Below, in pieces: positions 19,737 through 31,119 of a DNA stretch of 64,000 nucleotides; position 1 is the first letter of the stretch, and each line of letters begins with the position of its first letter. Location: the NCBI GenBank assembly GCA_963775425.1, contig CAVZJB010000003.1, positions 1-64,000 on the forward strand. The letters are read 5' to 3'. The notes below the pieces were generated by a model. It saw nothing but the letters and a program-made list of their open reading frames with translations. It did not search any database and was not told the origin of the DNA. This DNA is from an uncultured delta proteobacterium. Lineage in GTDB: Bacteria; Myxococcota; UBA727; VGSZ01. Position numbers and translations under genes: made by a program.

Positions 19737-22700
19737 ATGCGCATCACGCAATCAGTCGTCGTCGGCGGACCCAAGCATCTCGCGGGGCACCTCAAGCAAG
19801 CGGTCGAGGACACCGTCGACGAGCTCTTGCGCACCAGCCCAGACAAGGGCGTGCTCGTCCCCTCGCGCGACACCGCCACGGGCTTCCGTGTCCTCGAGCT
19901 GAAGGACCGCCACGTCGATGACGGCTTCGTCATCGAGAAAGAGCGCGCCGACGACGTCATCGCGCCGGCGCCGGAGCTCCTCGCGGCGCTGAAGCCGATC
20001 GCGTCGCGTCGCGCGTTCGTGCCCGAGGTGCATTCGCAGGTCCTCGATCGCAACATGCGCTTCCTCGTGTCGCTGCCGCCGAGCTTCGACGCGAAGAAGG
20101 CGAAGAGCTACCCGGTGGTGCACGTCCTCTCCGACGACAAGACCATGGCGTCGCACCTCGTGAACGGGAAGCTCAACGAAAAGCTTTCGCGCGAGCTGCG
20201 GGAGCGCGGGCTCGAGGACGCGATCGTCGTCGTCAGCGAGCGCATCGAACGCTACGGCGATCGGGATCGCATCAACGCGCGCGGGAAGGCCGCCCTCGGC
20301 ACCGACGTGCAGTCCTACCTCGTGAAGGCCTTCGGCGCGTCGCCGAAGATCGACGCCACGCTCGTGCTCCCGAACCTCACCGACTACCGCGCCCCCATGC
20401 ATGACGGCGCTCCGCCGCTTCGGAGGGAGGATCGCTCGTCATTCATCAGCGATCAGCGTACCCGTGAGGAGGATCCGAAGCCGCGACGCGGCCTCCTCGG
20501 CTCCATGGTGTCGCTGTTCATGGACGACGAGCCCAGGCGGAGCCGCGACATCGAGGAGTCCTCTTCCTCGTCGTACTCGTTTCGTCGCGACGATTCCGAG
20601 CGGAGCTTCTGGAAGAAGCCGAGCTGGGACGGCGCGGTCGTCGTCGCCAGCAGCGGTGGTGACCGGCCGAAGGTCACGCAGGCGTCGTCGTGGGACGGCA
20701 AGGTGCGCGCCTCCAAGCTGCCCGGCGCGGACTTCTTCTCGCCGCTGCGGGACCGCTCGTCCGCCGGCGTCGCGGTCGCCGGTCTCGCGTCCAAGATCGC
20801 CGACGACGTCGTGCCGTATGCGGTGGTCGTGCCGAAGGGCTTCGATCCCAAGCGCAAGTACCCCGTCGACGTCGTGGAGGCGGGCTCCGCCAACCTCAAG
20901 GACGTCGTTCGCAAGCTCGGCGCCGCCCAGCTCGACATCGGTGATCGCATCGTGATCGTCGCCGATACAAAGAGCTTTTCGAAGAAGGGCCCGACCGCGT
21001 TCGCGGACCACGTGAAGTACGAGCTCCTGGCCACGGTGTCGGATCAGCTCCCGATCGATCTCGGCCGCGTCCACGACGCGCGCTCCCTCGGCAGCGACCC
21101 GGGCAAGTGGGCCGCCCGCATCCAGGAAGCGCCGCGCACGGCGGTCAAGAGCGCCGGCGGCCCCGTGGTGTTCTCCGAAGGGTCGTGGGTCCGGACCGCG
21201 CCCACCCTCGACTACGAGCGCTCGTTCCCCCGCGTCGGCTGGGGCGTCAAGGGCGACAGCGCCATCCCGCGCGAGATGCAGAAGCAGCCCGCGGATCACG
21301 GCACCATGTTCGTCCCCGTCATCGACAGCAAGGCGGTGGACAAGCCCTTCCGCGCCGGCGTGTATCTGCCGCCGGGCTACGATCCGTCCTCGTCAGAGAA
21401 GCTGCCGGTCCTCGTGATGCTGCCGGGCAAGGGCGGCTCGCTCGAGCAGTGGATGAGCGCGGGGAACATCACACCCAAGCTCGACGAGCTCATGGGCGGC
21501 GACGCGCAGAAGATGATCGTCGTCATCCCCGACAAGACCGACAGCCTCTGGTACGACTACGACAAAAACGGCGACGCGTCCGTCGGCGACAAGGGCAAGC
21601 GCAACTACGAAGGCTTGCTGATGGACGAGATCCTCCCGTTCGTCACGAAGACGCTGAACGCGGACGCGAGCAAGATGTCGATCGCCGGCATCTCGCGCGG
21701 CGGCTTCGGCGCGATGTCTCTCGCGGCGCGACACCCCGGCACGTTCCAGGCCGTCAGCGCGCACTCGGCGGTGCTCGCGCTCGAGCACACCGGCGGCGAG
21801 CTCGGCAAGGTGGCGAGCGGCGAGATCAGCAAGCACCTCGGCCCCGTCAACGATCCCATCTGGGCACAGGTGAACCCGCTCGATCTCGTTCAGAGCGGCA
21901 AGCTCAACGGCCGCGGAGCCGCGGGCGGCAAGGCGCCGCGCGTGCTCGTGGACATCGGCGCCGACGACCCCTACTTCATCGACGACAACCTCGCCTTCGG
22001 CCGCGCCCTCGCGGACAAGAAGGTCCCGTTCGAGATGCACATCTACGGTGGCGACACCGACAAGAAGCACAACTGGGACACGTGGGCGGCGCTGCTGCCG
22101 TCGTGGATCGCGTTCCACCAGACGACCTTCGGCAAGGCCGGCAAGGTCGCGCTGAAAGACGTGGTCGACGTCACCGACATGGTGAAGGTCGATCGGGACG
22201 CCGCGCGCCACAAGCTCGAGAAGGATCTCGCGAAGCGCATGGACGCGATCGGGCGCGCGATCCCCTCGCTCACCGACGACGAACGATCGCGCGAGGTCAT
22301 CGGCTACTCCGAGGGCCGGCGCAGCGTGTACCGGCCGCTGGCGCAACTGCAGGACGGCATTGACGACGCCAAGCGCGAGCTCGCGGGCCTCAAGGGCAAG
22401 CCGCTGCACGTGCTCGAAGCGCGCGTCTCGCGCCTCGAGGGCCGCGTGGGCGAGCTGCGCGAGCGCCTCGAGCGCGGGCGCCGATCGATCATGGGCTCGA
22501 CACCTCCGCCGGTGCGCGCACTGCCGGGCGCCATCGAGAAGCTCCCGGGCGACGTGCAGGCGGATCTGAAGGCCGCCATCGCCGAGGTGCCGGAGCTCGC
22601 GAACCCGCTCGCGAAGTTGGCGACGATCCGCCCGAGCGTCTTCGTCGGCGTCGACGAGATCACGGGCGTGAGCTTCGCGAAGCAACTGCGCACATTCGTG

Positions 22701-23531
22701 AAGTCGGGCGTGTTCAACCCGGACAAGGAGTCGCGCGGGATCGCGGAGTTCATCGATCGCATGGCGGAGCGCCGCTATGACTGGCGTCGTGGCGGCTTCT
22801 CCAACGCCGTCACCGCGACGATGAACACGATCTTCAACCACCCCGGCATCGTGTTGAACCTCACCACTGCGTCGCGCGAGGGGGAGACGCTCGAGTTCCC
22901 CACGTTCTACGCCGGCGATCCCGCGACCCGCGTGCGGCCCATGGGTGACCTCAAGGCCGCGTTCTCGCGCGTCGACGAGACCGACAGCGACATGGGCGGC
23001 CTCCCCGGCGCCGAGCTCGGGTACGAGCGCGCGATCCTCCGCATCGTCCGCGACGTGCTCTGCCCGCCCAAGAGCTCGATGCCGGACCACCGCGCGTTCG
23101 GCCAGCGCACCAACATGCCGGTCGCCGAAGGGCTCGCGAAGCTCCGCGGCCGCGAGGTGCTCTACGGCTACGCCATGAAGATCAAGACCGGCGATGACCT
23201 CGTCAAAGCCGTCCAGAGCCAGGGCAAGGAAGGGCTGGCGATGTCGGACATGAAGCTCGGCTACAACGGGCAGCTCGTGGGCATCCACTTCCCGGTCTTC
23301 TACGACTACGACGAAAAGACCCGGACCATCGAGATGCAGCACTGGGGCGCCGGCGCCACGCGCCTCAAGGTGGACGGCCTCCAGCTCGACGACGTCGGCG
23401 TCTACTACGAGCCCACGGCAGGGATGCAGGAGTTCCTGACGCCCGAGAAGCAGAGCAACTGGGACGCGATCCGCGCCGCCCGGGAGGGCCGCGAGCCTTC
23501 GCGGCGCCGGTCCTGGCTCGACGACGACTGA
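19737..23531 (+). CDS. Large esterase-family alpha/beta hydrolase with two degenerate upstream copies and an unknown C-terminal domain
   Basis: VYLPPGY...LPVLVMLPG, AGISRGGFGA (GxSxGG nucleophile), DIGADD, HNW; two earlier LPPSFD/VPKGFD..YPV starts. Confidence 0.82.
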   Translation: MRITQSVVVGGPKHLAGHLKQAVEDTVDELLRTSPDKGVLVPSRDTATGFRVLELKDRHVDDGFVIEKERADDVIAPAPELLAALKPIASRRAFVPEVHSQVLDRNMRFLVSLPPSFDAKKAKSYPVVHVLSDDKTMASHLVNGKLNEKLSRELRERGLEDAIVVVSERIERYGDRDRINARGKAALGTDVQSYLVKAFGASPKIDATLVLPNLTDYRAPMHDGAPPLRREDRSSFISDQRTREEDPKPRRGLLGSMVSLFMDDEPRRSRDIEESSSSSYSFRRDDSERSFWKKPSWDGAVVVASSGGDRPKVTQASSWDGKVRASKLPGADFFSPLRDRSSAGVAVAGLASKIADDVVPYAVVVPKGFDPKRKYPVDVVEAGSANLKDVVRKLGAAQLDIGDRIVIVADTKSFSKKGPTAFADHVKYELLATVSDQLPIDLGRVHDARSLGSDPGKWAARIQEAPRTAVKSAGGPVVFSEGSWVRTAPTLDYERSFPRVGWGVKGDSAIPREMQKQPADHGTMFVPVIDSKAVDKPFRAGVYLPPGYDPSSSEKLPVLVMLPGKGGSLEQWMSAGNITPKLDELMGGDAQKMIVVIPDKTDSLWYDYDKNGDASVGDKGKRNYEGLLMDEILPFVTKTLNADASKMSIAGISRGGFGAMSLAARHPGTFQAVSAHSAVLALEHTGGELGKVASGEISKHLGPVNDPIWAQVNPLDLVQSGKLNGRGAAGGKAPRVLVDIGADDPYFIDDNLAFGRALADKKVPFEMHIYGGDTDKKHNWDTWAALLPSWIAFHQTTFGKAGKVALKDVVDVTDMVKVDRDAARHKLEKDLAKRMDAIGRAIPSLTDDERSREVIGYSEGRRSVYRPLAQLQDGIDDAKRELAGLKGKPLHVLEARVSRLEGRVGELRERLERGRRSIMGSTPPPVRALPGAIEKLPGDVQADLKAAIAEVPELANPLAKLATIRPSVFVGVDEITGVSFAKQLRTFVKSGVFNPDKESRGIAEFIDRMAERRYDWRRGGFSNAVTATMNTIFNHPGIVLNLTTASREGETLEFPTFYAGDPATRVRPMGDLKAAFSRVDETDSDMGGLPGAELGYERAILRIVRDVLCPPKSSMPDHRAFGQRTNMPVAEGLAKLRGREVLYGYAMKIKTGDDLVKAVQSQGKEGLAMSDMKLGYNGQLVGIHFPVFYDYDEKTRTIEMQHWGAGATRLKVDGLQLDDVGVYYEPTAGMQEFLTPEKQSNWDAIRAAREGREPSRRRSWLDDD

Positions 23532-23651
23532 CGCGCTGCGGCATCGGCCGGATCCGCGGGTATGCGACATGTCACCCTCGCGCGCACATCTTCCGGCAAC
23601 GGCCCGATACATCACTCACGGCGCAACCCCCCGCGCGCCTTGGAGGATCTC

Positions 23652-24059
23652 ATGCCGTACAACGTCGCCGCGAACCGCGCTCCCCGCCACGTGAACAGGG
23701 CCGACGACTGCGGCTGCAACCTCCCCAAGGTCGACGTCGGCATCAGCATCCGCGCGACCAAGACCGAGCTCGGCCGCGGCGAATGGACGGTCCAGTTCGC
23801 CAACAGGGAGTGCTTCCCGGTCTTCCTCACGATGGCGAGCGGCGACGCCGCCCACGGCCACGACGGCCCCGCGGAGGACTTCGACACCGAGTGCCGCGAC
23901 CTCAAGGTGTGCCCCGGCGAGACCGCCAGCATCAAGATCCCGCGCTGCGGCAACGGCGTCGAGTACAACGCGCCCTTCCGCGTGACCGCACGCAACCAGC
24001 GCGCCGCCGTCGTCGGTGAGCTCAAGGGCGAGTTTCCCCGCGACGCGCGCGGCTGCTGA
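23652..24059 (+). CDS. Small Cys-rich beta protein (135 aa), possible single-module relative of the RLGVRG family
   Basis: GGAGG SD at 23642, ATG 23652; WTVQFAN and FRVTARN. Confidence 0.7.
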   Translation: MPYNVAANRAPRHVNRADDCGCNLPKVDVGISIRATKTELGRGEWTVQFANRECFPVFLTMASGDAAHGHDGPAEDFDTECRDLKVCPGETASIKIPRCGNGVEYNAPFRVTARNQRAAVVGELKGEFPRDARGC

Positions 24060-24099
24060 GCCGTCGCCAAACGCGGCCCCGCGGCGCTAGAAGTGGTGC

Positions 24100-27000
24100 A
24101 TGAAGGTGCGCCACTTCGGCCTCCCGCCGACCAGCCTGCTCGGGCGCACGCCCGCGGTCGCTCCGGGCGAGGTCACCGAGGGGGGCGGCACCCAGATCTC
24201 CAAGACCGGGGACGTCGGGCTCGAAGGCGGCGCCCTCACGTTCCCGCGCGGCGCCGAGGAGCTCTCCGCCAAGGCCAAGGCCGAGCGCGGGCGGGTGCTC
24301 CTCGAGACCCTGCGCGTCGACGGCGGCGGGGCCTTCGGCGGCAAGGTCAAAGGTGGCGTCGACGTCGGCGCGTCGCTGCGCGCCTACCTGCGGTCCCTCG
24401 AGGTCGCCCAGGTCGCCACCGAGCGCGGCGCCACCGCGGCGGTCACGGAATTCGTGGACGGCCTCGACGTCCCCGAGGACATCCGGCCGCTGCTCGGGCT
24501 CGCGGTCGACTCGCATGAGATCCCGGCCGCGCTCGGCACCCTCAAGCAGCACGAGAACGACGCCAACACCAACCCCATGTGGCAGCGCTGGCAGCACGGC
24601 GACGCCGCCGTGCACACCGTCACCGACGAGACCGTGCGCAAGTGGTTCACGCAGTGGCGCGCCGGCAACGATATGAACGGGTACCTCAACTACGGGGACC
24701 CCAACTTCAAGGTCGGCGTCTTCCGCTTCTTCGCACGCGCGAAGGAGCTCGGCATCAACGTCGTCGCCAACAACTACGCGGGATATCTCGCGCAGCTCCC
24801 CGCCACCGACGACACGGCCAAGACGCTGCACCGGTTCGCGCGCGCGTTCGGCATCGACCCCGCCACCATCAACCTCGGCAACCGGCCGCTGTCGGGGTGG
24901 AGCGGCGCCGGTCGCGCCGCGCGCGCGGTGCACGGCTCTCCGCTCGGGCGCGAGGCGAAGTGGCTGAACAAGGCCGCGGAGTGGCAGCAGGCGTTCGCGC
25001 GCGGCGACGTGAGCACGCTCAAGATCAACGACGCGTCGCTGCGCGTGATCGTCGCCGCGAACCTCCTGCGCGACCCGCACTCCTTCGTCTACGGCGCGCC
25101 GGCGCAGATGAAGAACGGCGGCCTCCTCCTCGTGGCGCGCGCGAAAGAGCTCGGGCTCAACGTGCCCGTCGACATCAACGTGCTCACGAACCTCGCCACC
25201 CACGCGCCCGGCAGCGTGGAGAACGCGCGCGCCATCACGCGGCTGGGCCGCGCGGTCCACCTCGACGCCGGCCACCTCGCGCTCGGTGGCAAGCCGGTGG
25301 CGGAGTGGCTCGGCGCGTCGCGCGCACCGCCGCCGGGACGGAAGGGCGCGCTCGGCACCACGGCGACGTGGGAAGGCCAGCCCAACTACAACGCGCTCTA
25401 CGCCGCGGCGCAGCAGCAGCCCGCGTCGGTGCGGTCGATCACCGACGCCACGCTCGTGAAGTGGTTCGGCGCGTGGGGCCCCAACAAGGATCTCCCCGCG
25501 TACCACGGCACCGGCAACCCCGAGAGCCGCGTGTCGTTCGCGCTCTGGTGGGCGCGCGCCAAGGAGATCGGGCTCCCGGGGTCATGCAACCCGGCCTCGA
25601 TGCAGCAGTACGCGAACACGCTCCCGGAGACCGCCGACGCCGCCAACGCGCTGCGACGGCTCGGCGCCGCGTTTGGCTTCTCCCCCGAGCAGCTGATGCT
25701 CGCCGGGCGCACGCCGGTGTCGACGTACCCGCGCCGCGGCTACGCGGCTGCCGCGCTGACGCTGCCGGCGCGGCCCGTCCTCGGCGCCAACAGGTTCACC
25801 GCGACGCAGCTCGAGGGCGCGTTCGTCGAGGGCGACCCCAAGCTCTTCACCGTCGACGACGCCACGTTGAAGCGGATCCTCGAGAAGCACCCGGGCCTCG
25901 CGACCTTCCAGCAGATGAACGCCGACCGCGCGTGGCAGCTCGGTGCGCTCAATCTCGCCGAGCGCTCCCTCGCGTTCGACGGCATCACGCCCGCGCAGGC
26001 GCAGGAGCTCATCCGCGCGGTCCCTTACAAGCTCCTCGATGACGACGTCGTCTGCGAGCGATTGGCCACGCTCGCGTGCCGTGCGGGGTTGGCGGCCGGC
26101 GCGGTCGCGCTCAGCAACGGCACGATGCTCGCCGCGCACGCCACCACCAAGCCGCACGTCGAGAAGCTCGACCGAATCCTCGAGGGGACGAGCGCGGCCG
26201 TGCCCGCGCGCAGGCCGGCGAAGCTCGACGAGGTCGGCGGCCTCGCCGCTGCCGGGCCGCTCGGCGACACGGCGGGGCCGCACACCACGTACTGGAACCA
26301 GAAGAACGTCGCGTTCCTCAGCGCGAGCGATGATGCGCTGCGCGCCGAGTTCATGGGCTGGGGCGACTTCAACTCGTGGCTGCCCCACTGGAACAACGAC
26401 CCGCGCTTGATCTCGTTCGTGGCGCGCATCGCGGAGCTCAACGACGGCAACCCCGCCGCGGCGTCGGTGGTGGCGACGAAGGCGTGGCTCGGGCAGCAGC
26501 CCGTGCCCGAGATCTTCGGCACCGCCGACGCACTCCCGCGTGTGTTGCGCGCGGCGCGCGCCGCCGGCGTCGATCCCGCCACGGTGAACGTGCTCTCCGG
26601 CGGCAAGCCGGTGCCCCTCCTCGAACACCCCGCGCTCGCGCCGCTGCTCGAGGGCTCGGCCGCCGACGTCGCCGAGCGCGAGGCCGCGCTCAAAGCCGAT
26701 CTCGCCATGCTCGACGCAAGCTCCAAGGACGGCGCCAAGCGCCACGCCGCCGAGCGCGAGGGCGCCGTGTTGCGTTTGCTGAGCGTCACCGACCCCGAGC
26801 ACGAGATCATCCACGGGCTCGATGAGCTCCTCGCCGCCGGATTGAAGGCGCTCAGCGACGGCAAGCTCGAGCGCGTGGATCTGCGCGGCGTCCCCGAGAA
26901 ACACCGCGCGCGGCTCCTCGAGACCGCGTTCGCGCGCGACGAGCACCCGGCCGTCATCGCGCTGCTCGCGGGCGTGTTCTTCCATGTGGACGCGAGCGCC

Positions 27001-29168
27001 ATCGAGGCGCTGCTCCTCGAAAAGGGCCACCTGCCGAGCGTCGCCAAGGAGATGGGTGCGATGGCGGCGTCGCTCCAGGAGCGCTCCGCCGCCGACATCG
27101 CGTTCGCGGCCATCGGCGCCGGCAAGGATCCCCCGAGCTCCAAACGCTCGGGATGCGCGCGTGGCTCCTCGAGGGCGCGTCCGCAGGCGGCCCCGCTCCC
27201 GCGGCGATCACCAAGCGCCTGCACGCGGCCGACACCGACCCGGAAGCGTTCTGCGTCGCGCTGCTCGAGCTCGCGGCCGCGGGGGCCACCTCGCCGCAGC
27301 GAAAAGCGTCGCTGATGGGCATCGTCCAGAAGGCCATCGACGCCGACGAGGTCGGGCGCGATCGGATCCTCGCGGACCTCTCCGACGAGGTGAAGGCGGG
27401 CCTCGACGCCACCGCTGTGAAGGCCGCGGCCGACGCCGTGCAGACCTTCCTCGGCGCGAGCCCCGCGGACGCGCCGGCCGCGAAGGCCGCGCTCTCGGCC
27501 GCGCTCGGCGCCGCGTCGTGGGTCGACGATCCCAACGTCATCGCCAAGGCCGCGCTCGAGGCCGCCCTGCAGCACGACCTGCGCTTCGTTGCGCCGCTCG
27601 GGCAGGTCGATGTGGACGCCGGCGGCATCGCGGGCAAGCCGTGGCAGACGCGGCTCGCGAAGAAGATCCCCACCGTCGAGATCGCGGGCATCGCCCTGCC
27701 GGTGGAAGGCAAGGCGCAGCCGCTCGCGCTGCCCATGGCCGACGACGGCGCCGGCAAGAAGAACCTGCAGCAGCTCGCCACGCGGTGGCTCGCGCGCCGG
27801 CCCGTCAGCGTGGTGGGCGCCGACGGCCCGGACGCCGTGCGGGCGCTCGCGCGCGCCACGGGCGCAGCCCTCGTCGACGTCGTCATCAAGCCCGACACCA
27901 GCGTGCACGATCTGTTCGGCGCCGGCGGCGCCATCACGAAAGCGATGGACGCGGGCGCCGTCGTGCACATGCACCTCGAGGGCGCCGCGTGGCCCGCGGG
28001 GCTCGGCCAGGCGGTGATGTCCGCGGCCGCCAAGGCGCGGTTGATCGCCACCGGCCCGGCGCTCGCCGGATTCCCGGCGCTCACGCTCGCGCCGCTCGAC
28101 GAGGCGTCGGTCGCCGCACACCTGCACGCGCTCGGCGTCGCCGACGAGGCCGCCGTCGCCGGCGTCGCCGCCGCGTTCCTCGACGTGCGCGCGCTCGCCC
28201 GCGGCGGCGGCGCGGGCGATCTCGACGAGACGGCGTTCCCGCTCGCGCTCCTTGACCGCATCGCCGCGCGCCTCACGAAAGGCGGCGGTGAGATGCAGGA
28301 GGGCGACCTCTACCGCGCGCTCGACGACGTGCTCGCCCGCCGCGTCTCCGGTGACGCGCGCGGCGCGGTCACCGAGGTCATACAGGCGCATGCGCGACCG
28401 AGCGTCGACGCGGACGAGGCGTTCGGCGCCAGCGGCAAGAACGCGACGATCGCCGGCGCGCGCTTCGCGGTGGTTGGCACGCCGGCCGAGGCATCGGCGC
28501 TGCCGGCGCTCACCGGCGCCGAAAAGGACGAGCTCCGCGCCGCCGCGACCGCGCTCGAGCTCGGCGAGCCCGTCGTCGCGGATCCCGGCATCGCCGAGCG
28601 CGTGGGCACCCTCTACGGCGCGCTCACCGGCCGGGACGTGCACGTGCACCTGCTCCACGCCAACAGCAAGCCCGAGGACGTGCTCGGTGAGGCGGGCAAG
28701 GACGTCGTCGCCGTGCTGCACGACTTCACCGCCGCGCCGCCGGAGACGCAGGCGGCGCTGTGGGCGGCCGCCGCCGAAGGGCGCGTCCGCATCGTCGCCG
28801 CCGACGCCGCAGGCGTGATGACGTCGGACGGCGTGGTCCTGCGCGAGGGCCCGATGAGCGCCGATGATCAGAGCGAGCGCCTCCAGCTCCGCGCGCGCGA
28901 GCTCGGCGTCCCCGAGGCCGTCGCCGACGGGATGAGCGACTTGAAGAACGAGCTCGACGCCATGGTGAACCGCGGCGAGCTGCACCCGCTCGTCGACATG
29001 AGCGCGTTCCGCGACCTCGAGAGCGCACTCGAGCTCATGGCGCAGCTCGGCGGCGCGATGTCCACCATCGACGCGTTCGTCGCGGCGGCGAGCGCGTCGT
29101 ATCCGATGAGCACGCCCGAAGAGCAGCAGATGCTCGAGGACACCGCGCGGAGGATCGCCGAACCATGA
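24100..29168 (+). CDS. Giant protein (~1690 aa): five helical repeats + degenerate AAA/midasin-like C-terminus; -1 frameshift at C5 run 27130-27134
   Basis: ORFs 24100..27315 and 27153..29168 join if one C is added (GAT CCC CCC GAG CTC CAA ACG CTC GGG ATG); ARAKE(L/I)G repeats. Confidence 0.72.
24570..26625 (+). repeat. Five ~135-aa intragenic protein repeats
   Basis: VTDETVRKWF / INDASLRVI / ITDATLVKWF / VDDATLKRI / ASDDALRAEF, each followed by an ARAKELG-like and an AFGIDPATI-like motif. Confidence 0.75.
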
Positions 29169-29599
29169 GCGCCGCGACCACCACCACCGCCGCGCGCGTC
29201 CTCGCCACCGCCACCGCGCCCGCGTTGCTCTTCGCCGCGCGCCCGGAAGACGACGACGCCGGCGTCCTCGACCTGCGCACCACCGATCTGCCCGCCAGCG
29301 ACGTCATGGTGCGCAACGAGGTGCGCCGCCGGTGGCGCGCGGCCGAGAAGCTCGTGGTGCGCATCGACGAGCACCCGACCGCGAGCGTGCAGGCGCTGCT
29401 GCTCGAGCTGTCGCGCCGCGAGGTGCGGTTGACGGCCGATGAAGTCGAGCGCTTCGACGCCAACCACACGGTGCTCGTGAAGACTGCCGCGCCTACGCCG
29501 CCCGCCAGCCTCGTGCGCTTCTTCCCGATCCGCTTGCGCGCCGAACCATCCGCCGCATCGTTCCGAGCTCACGGGAGTGCCCATGCCCGTCGCCGGTAA
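29165..29599 (+). CDS. Small hypothetical protein
   Basis: ATGA overlap with the upstream stop; fills the gap in the operon. Confidence 0.55.
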   Translation: MSAATTTTAARVLATATAPALLFAARPEDDDAGVLDLRTTDLPASDVMVRNEVRRRWRAAEKLVVRIDEHPTASVQALLLELSRREVRLTADEVERFDANHTVLVKTAAPTPPASLVRFFPIRLRAEPSAASFRAHGSAHARRR

Positions 29600-31022
29600 G
29601 GTCTATATCGTCCCGATCCCCGACGAGAAGAGCTGGCAGCTCATCGTGCACAACACGGGTGATCGCGCGTTCGGCGTCACGCAGAACATCCTGCCCGCGA
29701 ACAACCCCGATCTCGCGGCGCACGACGACCACGTCCTGTACGGACACGGCCTCGGCGTGAACGCAGGCGCCGTCAGTTGGCAGAAGTTCGTTGCCGGCGA
29801 CAAGTACACCCACCAGGGCAACAACATCTCCCACACCGTCGACGAGAGCTGCTTCCTGCGCGTCGGCTTGCGCGGCCTGGCACAGAAGACCGTGAAGCTC
29901 CCTGCGATGGACGAGGGGCCGCTCGAGCTCGATCTGGCGGAGTTCCAGTGGTACGGCGGCAACGCCGCGACCGCGACCCCACAGAACAACGATTGGGCCG
30001 GCTCGCGACCGCGCGCGGCCAACGCCAGCGACGGCCCCGCGCTCCTCCAGCGCGTGCAAGAGCTCATCGCGCGCGGGCAGACCAACGGCGTGAAGTGCGA
30101 AGGCAACGCGTCGGTGGTGGCCGTGCGCGGCGACGACGGTGCGCTCTCGCATTGGGAGGTCCGGTTCGAAAACGAGAGCGATCAAGCGTTCATCGGCACG
30201 TGCGCCTTCGTGGGCGCGCAGAAGAACGACGGGCTCGGCCTCGAGGCGATGGGTGTCCCGAACAAGGGCTCGCAGGCGATGCAACGCATCGAGGCCCACG
30301 GCAACTACGGCGTCGATGCGACGCCGGGCGCGAAGCTGCGGCTCGGCGTGCGCGGCTACGCGTGGATTGAAGTGCCGCTGCCCAAGGACGGCCAGGTCGA
30401 CATCCCGCTGAGCAAGTTCAAGATCGACGCACGCCAGATGTCGCCGGAGTTCTTCGACAAGGACGCCGTCATCGCCAAGCGCGACGAGAAGGTCGCAAAG
30501 GTGCAGTTCTTCGAGGGCGGAAAAGCGATCAACAAAGAGCTCAAGCCCACCCTGTGGAAGGGTGATCAAGCGCGGCAGAAGTCCACGTTCGACGCTCCGA
30601 AGCTCGTCGTGAAGGCGGTCGCCGACGGCAAAGAAACGCCCGGCGGCGGATTCGTCGTGGAGCTCGAGAGCCGCCTCGCGGAATTCGTCGACGACGAGCG
30701 CGCGGGCTTCGTCGCCGCCATTCGCCTCGCGGGCGCCGACGTGGACTCCGACGCCGCGCGCCAGCTCCGACCCAAGAAGCTCGAGTACCCCGGCGCCAAG
30801 GCCGCGTGGTTTCTGCCCACCGGCACCGACTTCGGCGGCGTGAAGGTCGCAGCGGGCGTCGACCTGCAAGTGGCCACCAAAGGCCTCGGCTGGCTCGCGT
30901 CGGTGCCGTTGCCGTCGAAGGGCACCGTGGACACCGACAAGAACGACGACGTGTGGGGGCTCCGCGAAGATCAGGAGTCCAAGCGCATGCTGCGCCAAAG
31001 CTACGTGCAGCGCATTCGCTGA
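29583..31022 (+). CDS. Hypothetical protein, three-module beta-rich family (paralogue 2)
   Basis: MPVAGKVYIVP..HDDHVLYGHGL..YTHQG..LRVGLRG..FQWYG, closely matching 7425..8885; GGGAG SD. Confidence 0.85.
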   Translation: MPVAGKVYIVPIPDEKSWQLIVHNTGDRAFGVTQNILPANNPDLAAHDDHVLYGHGLGVNAGAVSWQKFVAGDKYTHQGNNISHTVDESCFLRVGLRGLAQKTVKLPAMDEGPLELDLAEFQWYGGNAATATPQNNDWAGSRPRAANASDGPALLQRVQELIARGQTNGVKCEGNASVVAVRGDDGALSHWEVRFENESDQAFIGTCAFVGAQKNDGLGLEAMGVPNKGSQAMQRIEAHGNYGVDATPGAKLRLGVRGYAWIEVPLPKDGQVDIPLSKFKIDARQMSPEFFDKDAVIAKRDEKVAKVQFFEGGKAINKELKPTLWKGDQARQKSTFDAPKLVVKAVADGKETPGGGFVVELESRLAEFVDDERAGFVAAIRLAGADVDSDAARQLRPKKLEYPGAKAAWFLPTGTDFGGVKVAAGVDLQVATKGLGWLASVPLPSKGTVDTDKNDDVWGLREDQESKRMLRQSYVQRIR

Positions 31023-31119
31023 GGGCACGCGGCACGAGGAACAGGCCACGCGTGGAGCACGATGGTGTCGACGTGGAGAGGCCCTGCCGCTCGCCCGCCC
31101 ACGGTGCTAATGTCGACGT

